From assembly GCA_035709325.1 (NCBI GenBank), contig DASTEU010000220.1, positions 1 to 28,176 on the forward strand: a stretch of 28,176 nucleotides of DNA, given 5' to 3'. This DNA comes from Candidatus Limnocylindrales bacterium (lineage in GTDB: Bacteria > Chloroflexota > Limnocylindria > Limnocylindrales > CSP1-4). The notes under the pieces were generated by a model, which searched no databases, had not been told where the DNA came from, and worked only from the letters and a program-made list of their open reading frames with translations. Below are positions 7,438 to 15,484 of the stretch, in pieces. Every line of letters begins with the position of its first letter. Position 1 is the first letter of the stretch. The position numbers and the translations under genes are program-made.

Positions 7438-8334
7438 TCAGCGCAGCTCGAGCGTGGTCACGGCGAACGCGAACCGGCAGGTCGGCGTCGGGTGGAGTGG
7501 CTCGTCGAGGCCCGTCTCCTGGCAGGCGGCCGCCTCGGGGTGATCGAACGTGCCTGTGACGTTCGCGATCGATCCGCCGGCAATCGAGCCCGCGACGCCG
7601 GCCGACGGCTCGAGGTGGAGGATCAGCCATTCCTCGACGTCGAACGGCGCCGCGGTGAGCGCCGGATCGACGAGGAGGACCGGCTCCGGCCCGTCCACCC
7701 CGAGCCACGCGGGCTCGGTCTGAGGCCCGTCCCAGTCGCAGTTGCAGGGCACGACCCGGACCTCGAGGCTGATCGGCACGCCGGAGAAGCAGGCAAGGGC
7801 CGTACCAGGTGGGAGGGCGACGAGCTCCGCCACCGAGGCGGGCCGGGGCGGACAGGGGGCATCCGCCGGGCCGATCCACGCCTCGCCCTCCCGGCTCGCG
7901 GCGGCGATCCAGCCGAAGCCGCCGAGGACCTCGAACGAGAGCGGCACGACCTGGTACCACTCGTAGCCGGACGCGACCGCTGGGCCGTCGAGGACGAAGA
8001 GGGCCGTGCCGGTCGGGAGAACCGGCTCGTAGAGGATCGAGTCGTCGGCGATGCGAGGCTCGGAGCGGACGCGGACCCGATCGACGATCGTCACGACGAC
8101 CGAGTTCGGGAGCACGTCTCCCTCGACGCCGGCCGAGGCAGAGGCAGAGGCCGCCGCGGAGCCGTCCGGTCCACCCGAAGCCGGGACGGCCGATGGGACT
8201 GCAGCGTCCGCCGAGGCGGAAGCCGGCGGCGTGGCCTCGGCGATCGCCCCGCTCCTGATCGACGGCGTACCGCAGGCGACGACGAGGCAGAGAAGCAGGC
8301 CGGCGAGGGCGGGTGCGGGCCTGTTGAGCTGCAT
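7438..8334 (-). CDS. Hypothetical lipoprotein with an SH3-like segment and a Cys-rich C-terminal domain (about 298 aa)
   Basis: Start MQLNR (ATG 8334, GGGGAG RBS), lipobox LVVAC, Ala/Ser/Pro linker, SH3b-like RVRVRSEP..GTALFVLDGP..GYEWYQV, and six further Cys. Confidence 0.7.
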   Translation of the reverse strand: MQLNRPAPALAGLLLCLVVACGTPSIRSGAIAEATPPASASADAAVPSAVPASGGPDGSAAASASASAGVEGDVLPNSVVVTIVDRVRVRSEPRIADDSILYEPVLPTGTALFVLDGPAVASGYEWYQVVPLSFEVLGGFGWIAAASREGEAWIGPADAPCPPRPASVAELVALPPGTALACFSGVPISLEVRVVPCNCDWDGPQTEPAWLGVDGPEPVLLVDPALTAAPFDVEEWLILHLEPSAGVAGSIAGGSIANVTGTFDHPEAAACQETGLDEPLHPTPTCRFAFAVTTLELR

Positions 8335-8455
8335 CCTGGTTCGGGCTCCCCTCTGCGACCGGTCCGAAGCGGCTGGATCGTACGACCGTGACGCACGGGG
8401 GGCGTCTCTGTTACGGCTCGGCGATCCGGCCGTCGCCTTTCGCGTTCGCCGGTGC

Positions 8456-9349
8456 CTACGCGCCGGGCGCGGGCGCCCCTTCGGGAGCCCCATCGGCCGC
8501 CGCGTCCGCGCCGCTGCCCCGCAGGTAGCCGACGAGGCCGGTCCGCGGCGACAGCAGCAGGACCGCCAGGAAGATCGCCGTCTGGACGAGGACGATCGTG
8601 GCCCCGGACGCCGCGTCGAGCCAGAACGAGAGGTAAAGCCCGGCGATCGAGGAGGCGACGCCGACGACGATCGCGACCTGCATCAGGCGGCCGAAACGCG
8701 CCGTCAGGAGCTGGGCGGTCGCGGCCGGCGTCACGAGCATCGCGACGACGAGGATGATCCCGACCGCCTGGAGGCTGACGACGATCGCCAGGCTGACGAG
8801 CGCGAGCAGCAGGTACTCGAGGCGCCCGACCGGGATTCCCGACGCGGCCGCGCCGAGCGGGTCGAACGTGGCGTAGAGGAACTGCTTCCAGAGCAGGGCG
8901 ATGACCGCCAGGACGAGCGCCCCGAGGACGACGAGTGCGACGAGATCCGACGCGCTGATCGCGAGGATGTTGCCGAAGAGGAAGCTGAAGAGGTCGGCGA
9001 CGTAGCCGCTGATCGTGCTGAACATGAAGACGCCGAGGGCGAAGGTGCCGGCGAAGAGCACGCCGATCGCGGTGTCCATCCGCAGGAATCCGCGGCGGCT
9101 GACGAAGCCGATCGCGAGCGCGGTGCTCACGGCCGCGATCGCTGCGCCCAGGTAGAAGGGCACCTGGAGGATGAACGCTGCGACGACGCCCGGGAAGGCC
9201 GCGTGGCTGATCCCGTCGCCGATGAAGCTGATCCCCTTGAGGACGACGTACGTCCCGACGACCGCGCAGATCACGCCGACCAGCGTCGATGCGATGAGAG
9301 CGCGGATGAAGAACTCGTAGGCCAGGGGCCCGAGGATCGCGTCGATCAT
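8456..9349 (-). CDS. Zn/Mn ABC transporter permease (ZnuB/MntB family), about 297 aa
   Basis: GTYVVLKGISFIGDGISHAAFPG, FLFGNILAIS, VGIILVVAMLVTPAATA. The ATG at 9349 overlaps the upstream stop. Confidence 0.95.
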   Translation of the reverse strand: MIDAILGPLAYEFFIRALIASTLVGVICAVVGTYVVLKGISFIGDGISHAAFPGVVAAFILQVPFYLGAAIAAVSTALAIGFVSRRGFLRMDTAIGVLFAGTFALGVFMFSTISGYVADLFSFLFGNILAISASDLVALVVLGALVLAVIALLWKQFLYATFDPLGAAASGIPVGRLEYLLLALVSLAIVVSLQAVGIILVVAMLVTPAATAQLLTARFGRLMQVAIVVGVASSIAGLYLSFWLDAASGATIVLVQTAIFLAVLLLSPRTGLVGYLRGSGADAAADGAPEGAPAPGA

Positions 9350-10167
9350 CGGCCCGGCCCGTCGTGGTAGTGCTGCTCGCCCCGGCCCGCCGGCTGGTCG
9401 TGGTGGTGGGCGTCGTCGAGGCCGATCGTCGCCCCGTCGAGGACGAGCAGGTGCCCGCCGTACGTCCGCGACAGCAGGTTGCGATCGAGGACGAGCGACG
9501 ACGGGCCGTGGGCGATGACGGTCCGGTTGATCGCGACGACCCGCTGAAAGCGTTCCGCGGCGCACATGAGGTCGTGGGTCGTCGCGACGACGGTCCGGCC
9601 GGCCCGGGCCTGCGCCTCGAGGATGTCCATGATGTCCTCCTGGGTCGTCGCGTCGATGCCGGTGACCGGCTCGTCGAGGAGGAACAGGTCGGGTTCGGCG
9701 GCGAGGGCCCGGGCGAGGAAGACCCGCCGCCGCTGGCCGCCGGACAATCGGCCGATCTGGCGGTCGCCGAACGCGGCCATGCCGACGAGCTCGAGCGAGC
9801 TGCGCACCAGGTCGCGGTCGGCCTTCGATGGGCGGGCCAGGAGCGGCATGCGAACGTAGCGGCCCATCGAGACGACGTCGTTCACGCTGACCGGGAACTG
9901 CCAGTCAACGAGCTCGGCCTGGGGGACGTAGGCGATCCGGCGCGCCTCCTCGCCCGGCGCCCCGCCGAGCACGACGGCCGAGCCGGTTCGCGGCGGCAGC
10001 AGCCCCGCGATCACCTTGAGGAGTGTGCTCTTGCCGGCCCCGTTCGGCCCGACGATCGAGGTCAGCGTCCCGGCCTCGATCTCGAGGTCGACGTCGTGCA
10101 GGACGATCTGGCCGTCGTAGCCGGCGCTGACGTCGCGGAGCGAGATCGCGCTCGGCGCCGCGCCCAT
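9346..10167 (-). CDS. Zn/Mn ABC transporter ATP-binding protein (ZnuC/MntA family)
   Basis: Walker A GPNGAGKST, signature LSGGQRRRV, LLDEP, and a His-rich tail (DAHHHD). The ATG at 10167 has a GGAG RBS; the in-frame GTG at 10233 is an alternative start. Confidence 0.95.
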   Translation of the reverse strand: MGAAPSAISLRDVSAGYDGQIVLHDVDLEIEAGTLTSIVGPNGAGKSTLLKVIAGLLPPRTGSAVVLGGAPGEEARRIAYVPQAELVDWQFPVSVNDVVSMGRYVRMPLLARPSKADRDLVRSSLELVGMAAFGDRQIGRLSGGQRRRVFLARALAAEPDLFLLDEPVTGIDATTQEDIMDILEAQARAGRTVVATTHDLMCAAERFQRVVAINRTVIAHGPSSLVLDRNLLSRTYGGHLLVLDGATIGLDDAHHHDQPAGRGEQHYHDGPGR

Positions 10168-10229
10168 GGCATTCACTCCGGCCGCCCCGGCCGCTCCGGC
10201 TGCGACGGTGCCGGCCGCCCCGGCCCCCG

Positions 10230-11210
10230 TCACGGCGTCGTTCCCAGCGCCGCGACGGTCCGCTCCGTGTTCCATCGCATCATCCCTTCGTACGTGTCCA
10301 CCGGCGGGTCCCCGAGCGAATCGTTGTAGATGTCGCGGACGACCGCGACGCCGGCCTCGGCGGCGACCGTTTCGGCGAGATCCGGACTGAACTGCGCCTC
10401 GGTGAAGACCGCCCTGGCACCGGAGGACCGGATCGCCTCCACGAGTGTTGCGATCTCGCCGGCGCTGGGATCCTGGCCGGGCGCCTCGACGATGACCCCG
10501 ACGATCTCGAGACCGTAGGCCGCGGCGAAGTAGCCGAACGCCTCGTGGAACGACACGATCCGCCGGTTGGCCTGCGGGATCGAGGCGATCGCCGACCGGA
10601 TCTCCTCGTCGAGCGTCGACAGCCGGGCATCGTAGGCGGCCTGGCCCGATCGGTATGCCCCGGCGTCGTCCGGGTCGGCGGCGGTCAGGGCATCGGCGAT
10701 CCGGGCGGCGTACCGGCGGGCGTGGGCGACGTCGAGCCAGAGATGGGGATTGATCGCCTCGTCGGCATGGTCGTCACCCGCCGGCCCCGCCTCGTCGTGG
10801 GCGCCGCTCTGGAGGTAGTCGACGCCGTCGAGCCCCTCGCCCAGCTCGACGATCGGCGCGCCAGAGCCGGCGTCGGTCACGAGCCGGCCGAGCCAGTCGT
10901 CGAGGCCGAGCCCGTTGAGCACGACGAGGTCGGCTTCGGCGATCGTCACGACGTCGGAGGGGCTGGGATCGAACGTATGAACCTCGCCGCCCTTCGGGAC
11001 GAGGCTCGCGACCGAGACCCTGGTCCCGCCGACCTGGGCGACGAGGTCGGCCAGGACCGTCGTCGTCGCGACGACGCGCAGCGCGCCGGGTTCGGGACTC
11101 GCGGGCGGCGGCCCGGAGGAGCCCCCGCCGGCAGTCGAGCAGGCGGCGGCGAGCATCGTGACGGCGAGGCTGAGACTGAATCTCGTGATGGGGCGGAGCG
11201 CGCGGTTCAT
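10230..11210 (-). CDS. Zn/Mn ABC substrate-binding lipoprotein (ZnuA/TroA family), about 326 aa
   Basis: Lipobox LAAAC. Metal ligands EVHTFDP, NPHLWLD, SFHEAFGY and NDSL give His3Asp as in TroA, and there is a short His/acidic loop. Confidence 0.95.
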   Translation of the reverse strand: MNRALRPITRFSLSLAVTMLAAACSTAGGGSSGPPPASPEPGALRVVATTTVLADLVAQVGGTRVSVASLVPKGGEVHTFDPSPSDVVTIAEADLVVLNGLGLDDWLGRLVTDAGSGAPIVELGEGLDGVDYLQSGAHDEAGPAGDDHADEAINPHLWLDVAHARRYAARIADALTAADPDDAGAYRSGQAAYDARLSTLDEEIRSAIASIPQANRRIVSFHEAFGYFAAAYGLEIVGVIVEAPGQDPSAGEIATLVEAIRSSGARAVFTEAQFSPDLAETVAAEAGVAVVRDIYNDSLGDPPVDTYEGMMRWNTERTVAALGTTP

Positions 11211-11224
11211 CGTCGATGCCTCGT

Positions 11225-11677
11225 TCAGGCCGTCGCCCGGACCGGACCGGACTCGCTCGCGAGGCAGGCGGGGCAGAGGCCGAAGAGCTCGAGGCGGTGG
11301 TCGTCGACGCGATAGCCGGTCCGCTCGGCGACGTCGCGGACGAGGGCCAGCAGGCCGGCGTCGCGGATCTCGCTCGAGCGGCCGCATCGCGAGCAGACGA
11401 CGTGGTGGTGATGGGCCCGCTCGCAGCCAACCCAGGCGTGTTCACCGGAGGGCAGGTCGATCCGCTCGACGATCTTGAGCCGCTCGAGCGCCTCGAGCGT
11501 CCGGAAGACCGTCGCCCGCCCGACCCCCAGGCGGCGGGCCCGCGTCGCCGCCACGAGCTCGGCCGCGGTGAAGTGGCCGGGCTGCTCGACGATCAGCTCG
11601 GCGAGCGCTCGGCGCGGCTCGGTCAGCCGGAAGCCGGCGTTCTCGAGCGCGGCCAGGATCGGTGTCGGATCGCCCAT
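11225..11677 (-). CDS. Fur-family metalloregulator, Zur-like (150 aa)
   Basis: GFRLTEPRR..HFTAAEL..VGRATVFRTL..HHHHVVCSRCG..LFGLCPAC. It is the first gene of the metal ABC operon. Confidence 0.93.
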   Translation of the reverse strand: MGDPTPILAALENAGFRLTEPRRALAELIVEQPGHFTAAELVAATRARRLGVGRATVFRTLEALERLKIVERIDLPSGEHAWVGCERAHHHHVVCSRCGRSSEIRDAGLLALVRDVAERTGYRVDDHRLELFGLCPACLASESGPVRATA

Positions 11678-11683
11678 CCCGGC

Positions 11684-11712
11684 AGCCTATCACATATGAG
11701 ACTGTGTCTCAA
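11684..11712 (-). promoter_or_regulatory. Sigma70-type leaderless promoter overlapped by a candidate Fur/Zur box TGAGAC-tgt-GTCTCA (11697-11711)
   Basis: TTGAGA(11712-07)-17 bp-TAGGCT(11689-84)-6 nt-ATG. The 15-bp dyad covers the -35 box and spacer in an AT-rich patch. Confidence 0.8.
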
Positions 11713-11731
11713 TAGCTTGAAGCGTGGCGGC

Positions 11732-13012
11732 TCACGCGCCGCCGCGTGCCGTGCCGGAGAGCCCCATCCGGACGGCCGCGATCAGGAGCGCCGCGGTGCC
11801 GCCGACCGCGATCGCCAGGGCGACGGCGCCGACCTGGACGAGCAACCCCCCGCTCGTCGGCAACCCGACGGCGATCCCCGCGACCCCGGCGTTGGCCAGG
11901 ACGAGCCGCGCCGTGGCCGCCGAGCCGAGCAGCTGTCGCTGGCGGGCGTGCGTCGCGGGATCGCCCGGGCCGACCGCCGGCAGGAGGTGGGTCGCCGAGG
12001 CGAGGACGGCGAGGGCCATCCAGCCCGCGACCAGCGGGCCGGCCACGGCTTCGGTCGACCAGCTCGCCGGATCGGCGCCGAATGCGAACACGCGGCCCGC
12101 AGCGATCGCGACGCCGGCCTCGAACCAGGCGATCGCCGAGATCAGGCCGCCCATGGCGAAGCGATGCCAGCCCGGATCGGTCGTCCAGCGGCCTCGCCTC
12201 GCCCACGTCCGCCAGGCGTAGACCGCGAGCGCCGCCGCGCCCGCCACCACCGTCACGGCGCCGATTCGAGCGACGAGACCCGAGTCGAGGACGATGCCGG
12301 CCGCCACGACGGGTGGGCCGAGGGCCAGCCCGCCGACCGTGAGCCGGGCGCTCGGCCGGACCACGATCCGGGCGCCGACGACCGTCGGGAAGAAGTGGAG
12401 GAGCGTCGTCGCGATCACGAGCGAGACGAACCCCGCGAGGTTGAGCCAGGCGTGGGCCGGCTTGATCCGGAGCCAGCCGTCCACGAGCGGCGGCCAGCCG
12501 GCGGCGAACAGGGTCGCGATCGTCGCCCCGAGCGCGACCTCTCCGAGGGCGACGACGTACGCTCGGGTCACGAGCCCGCGACTCGGGCCGAGCGCCCGGC
12601 CGAGCGGCCGCAGGCCGGCGGTCGCGGTCAGCAGAACGCCGCCGACGAAGGCCGAGCCGCCGGCGACCGTGAGCCCCGGGATGCCACCGACGAACCCGAT
12701 CGCGACGGCGACGGCACCGGAGGCGATCGCGGCGACCGCCGCAGTCCGCAGCCGCGCGTCGCTGGGCGGTGCGGCGGCAAATGCGGCGACGAAGAACGGC
12801 AGGACGCCCGCGATCGCCGTCGAGGCTCCGCCGGCCAGGGCGAGGTGGAGGGGCAGCCAGAGGCCCAACCGGCTCGGGGCCGGCATCGCCAGGGTGAGAA
12901 GCGCGGCGATCAGGAACGCCACGGCCACGACGATCGCGCCGAGCGCGACGAGGCGGTCCCGGGAGCGGTCGATGGGCGGGGCGCGACGGCGAAGCGCGGC
13001 GGGGTCGATCAC
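11732..13012 (-). CDS. Polytopic membrane protein, NnrS-like; resembles the membrane domain fused to actinobacterial copper nitrite reductases (426 aa)
   Basis: About 12 hydrophobic helices. Motifs WLPLHLALAG and AHAWLNLAGFVSL..LLHFFPTV place His residues inside the membrane. Confidence 0.55.
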   Translation of the reverse strand: MIDPAALRRRAPPIDRSRDRLVALGAIVVAVAFLIAALLTLAMPAPSRLGLWLPLHLALAGGASTAIAGVLPFFVAAFAAAPPSDARLRTAAVAAIASGAVAVAIGFVGGIPGLTVAGGSAFVGGVLLTATAGLRPLGRALGPSRGLVTRAYVVALGEVALGATIATLFAAGWPPLVDGWLRIKPAHAWLNLAGFVSLVIATTLLHFFPTVVGARIVVRPSARLTVGGLALGPPVVAAGIVLDSGLVARIGAVTVVAGAAALAVYAWRTWARRGRWTTDPGWHRFAMGGLISAIAWFEAGVAIAAGRVFAFGADPASWSTEAVAGPLVAGWMALAVLASATHLLPAVGPGDPATHARQRQLLGSAATARLVLANAGVAGIAVGLPTSGGLLVQVGAVALAIAVGGTAALLIAAVRMGLSGTARGGA

Positions 13013-13058
13013 GGGACCTTCAGGCTACCCGGGTCGGCCCCACCGCGGCGGCGCCGGA

Positions 13059-13841
13059 TCAGGCCCGGGCGGCCTCCACCTTCTCCATCCAGCGGGCCGC
13101 CTCGGCCGGCATCTCGGACAGGATGACGAAGCCGCCGAAGAGCAGCGTCCCGTCGATCGTCAGCTCCGGCGCGTCGATCGGGCGGTCGGCGGTGGGCCGC
13201 CCGTCGGTCATGCCGCCGAGACCACGCGCGGTCGTCGTGACCCGCCACGTCTCGGGAACGAGAATCTGGCCGCCGCCGAAGATCGCGCGGACCCGGAGAT
13301 GGGCGCCCGCCGGGTCGAGGGTCGCCTCGCGCAGGTCGAGGGCGCCGCCGCCGTACCAGCAGTCGAGCGTGCCGCCGCGGAAGGCGCCGGCCCGGCTGCG
13401 GAAGGCGAGCGGCCCGAAGATCGCGACGGCGACGATCTCGTCGGCCGTCGGATCGGTCGTCTCGGTGGCGACGAGCTTGCCGCGCATCGAGATCGCAGCG
13501 ATCGCCCCGACGATCATCGTCAGGGTCAGCCCGCCGAAGAGCAGGCCGAGGGCGCGTCGGGCGAATGTCAGCATTCCAGGTTCCTCCTTGTCGGTCTTCT
13601 CGGGCCGTCGCAGCACGGCCGGCCGGGCGAGATGGGGCCGACTCGAGGCGAACGACCGGCCTCGTTCGGCCAGCGGCCGGGCCCGTTCCGCCAGCGGCCG
13701 GGCCCGTTCGGCCAGCGGCCGGATCGTCGCCGCGACGCGATCCCGGGCGTCGATCGCGCGCCGCGGGAACTCGGCGTCGGCGATCGCCTCGCTGACCCGA
13801 CGACGGGCGTCGACGGTTGAGGCGTGGATGGCGACACTCAT
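13059..13841 (-). CDS. LiaF-like (DUF2154-type C-terminal beta domain) membrane-anchored protein with two possible starts (13841 or 13574)
   Basis: One TM helix, then AIFG..FRGGTLDCWYGGGALDLREATL..RAIFGGGQILVPETW..LTIDGTLLFGGFVI. The ATG at 13574 has AAGGAGG and the ATG at 13841 has GGAGG. Confidence 0.7.
   Translation of the reverse strand: MSVAIHASTVDARRRVSEAIADAEFPRRAIDARDRVAATIRPLAERARPLAERARPLAERGRSFASSRPHLARPAVLRRPEKTDKEEPGMLTFARRALGLLFGGLTLTMIVGAIAAISMRGKLVATETTDPTADEIVAVAIFGPLAFRSRAGAFRGGTLDCWYGGGALDLREATLDPAGAHLRVRAIFGGGQILVPETWRVTTTARGLGGMTDGRPTADRPIDAPELTIDGTLLFGGFVILSEMPAEAARWMEKVEAARA
13663..13722 (+). repeat. In-frame 21-nt tandem repeat (2.9 copies), encoding (RPLAERA)n on the minus strand
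   Basis: CGTTCGGCCAGCGGCCGGGCC / CGTTCCGCCAGCGGCCGGGCC / CGTTCGGCCAGCGGCCGG. Confidence 0.9.
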
Positions 13842-14057
13842 CGAAAGGGTACCTCCGCTGGCGGGACCCGGCCAGCGTGGCGCCATTCAACGGTCCGAAC
13901 AAGTGCCGTTGGCACCGAACCCGCGCAAACCCTCGCGGCGGGCTGGCGCACTGCGGTCGGGCGTCGTCCTCGGCTGCGGTGGGATCGCCACCGACCGGAT
14001 CGATGAGGGGCTCGGCCGGCTCCGCCGCCGCCTTCGGGACCCGAGGCGGGCGGGCGC

Positions 14058-15341
14058 TCAGCCCGGCAGCGGCAGCGGGGGAGGTCCCTCGAGCGGCGGG
14101 AGGCCCAGCTTCGCGGCGAGGTAGGCGCCGTCGACGTGGGGTCCGAACAGCGTCGCGGAGGGCAGCTGGTGCTGCCAGGGCAGGCCGAGGAAGGACAAAC
14201 CCGGGACATCGCTGACGCCTCGGCGCTGTCGGGGAAAGCCCATGTCGTCGATGATCGGCAGGTCGATCCACGAGTAGTCGAGCCGGTAGCCGGTCGTCCA
14301 GAGGACCGTCGCGACGCCGGCCGCGGCGAGGTCCAGCTCGTCGGGCGCTGGCGGCTCGTAGTCGACCGGCTCGCGGTCGTCTGGCGGCACGTCGATCCCG
14401 GCCCGCTCGATGTAGGTCTCGATCGGAGGTCGGAAGCGCTCGTCGAAGAATCGGTCGGCGACGGCGAGCTTCGCCGGCAGGTCCGGGGCGAGGATCAGCC
14501 GCTCGCCGTCGACTCGCTCGATCCGCCCGAGCAGGGTCATCCCCTCTTCCGCGAACTTGCGCAGGTTGGTCTCGTACCCTCCGCGGTGGCCCGACAGGTG
14601 CGGATTGCCGGCAAGTCGGGCCCGCGGATCGGGCAGTTGGTCGACCGTCGGAAAGCCGACGCCGAGGGCGGGTCCGCGGAGGAGGAGCGACGCCAGCCAG
14701 CCGAACACGTCGTGGCCGCGATACCGCCGCGGGACCCGGCCTGCCGAACCGACCGAGAGGAACACCCGCCGCCCGGCCTCGCGGAGCTCCTCGGCGATCT
14801 GGACGCCGGACTGGCCGCTGCCCACGACGAGCACGCCGCCCGGCGGGAGCGCCGCCTCGGTGCGGTATTCGTGGGAGTGTAGCTGGGTCACCCGGGCCGG
14901 TAGGTCGCGCGCGATCGGCGGGATCCACGGGACCTGGAAGCCACCGGTCGCGACGACGACCTGGTCGGCCGTGATCCGGCCCTGGTTCGTCTCGAGGGTG
15001 AAGCTGCCGTCGGTCCTTCGAGTCAGACGGCGCACCTCCGTGTCGAGGGCGACAGGCGCTCCGATCGTCGCGGCATACCGGGCGACGCGCGCCACGACCT
15101 CGTCCCGGGGCATGAAGCCATGGGGGTCGTCGCCGTCGTAGGGCTGGCCGGGGAACGAGGCGCACCAGTTCGGCGTGACGACCCGGAACGCGTTCCAGCG
15201 ATCCTGCCAGCCGCCGCCGAGGCTCGATCGCCGTTCCAGCACGATGTGGTCGCGGCCGCCCCGGCCCAGGTACGAGCTCATGGTGAGCCCGGCCTGCCCG
15301 GCGCCGATCACCACCGTGTCGATCCGTGACGGGATGCCCAT
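14058..15341 (-). CDS. Flavin-dependent oxidoreductase/monooxygenase (FMO-like, MSMEG_0569/CzcO-like), about 427 aa
   Basis: Start MGIPSR (ATG 15341, GGAGG RBS). FAD motif VVIGAGQAG, then RWNAFRVVTPNW and VVVATG, NAD(P) motif VLVVGSGQSG, and WTTGY. Confidence 0.9.
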   Translation of the reverse strand: MGIPSRIDTVVIGAGQAGLTMSSYLGRGGRDHIVLERRSSLGGGWQDRWNAFRVVTPNWCASFPGQPYDGDDPHGFMPRDEVVARVARYAATIGAPVALDTEVRRLTRRTDGSFTLETNQGRITADQVVVATGGFQVPWIPPIARDLPARVTQLHSHEYRTEAALPPGGVLVVGSGQSGVQIAEELREAGRRVFLSVGSAGRVPRRYRGHDVFGWLASLLLRGPALGVGFPTVDQLPDPRARLAGNPHLSGHRGGYETNLRKFAEEGMTLLGRIERVDGERLILAPDLPAKLAVADRFFDERFRPPIETYIERAGIDVPPDDREPVDYEPPAPDELDLAAAGVATVLWTTGYRLDYSWIDLPIIDDMGFPRQRRGVSDVPGLSFLGLPWQHQLPSATLFGPHVDGAYLAAKLGLPPLEGPPPLPLPG

Positions 15342-15484
15342 GTAACCCCTCCGATCCGGTCGCGCCACCCGATCATGCCCCGCCGCGGTCGTTTCGGGAA
15401 GCCCGGGACACGAACGCGCCGCCCGCCCGCGGGGGGGGGCGGGCGCCGCGGCTGGTGGCGGCAGGGCCGAGCGCGGCCCGACTC

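Noticed and set aside
13842-14057. Riboswitch in the 216-bp spacer upstream of the LiaF-like gene
   Set aside because: GC-rich hairpins are present, but I could not match conserved motifs of any known riboswitch class. An Rfam/Infernal scan would be needed.
15421-15444. G9 tract within GCCCGCCC...GGGCGGGC as a phase-variation site or intrinsic terminator
   Set aside because: It is intergenic and not between evident promoter boxes, and the hairpin lacks a U-tract. At most it is a weak structural element.
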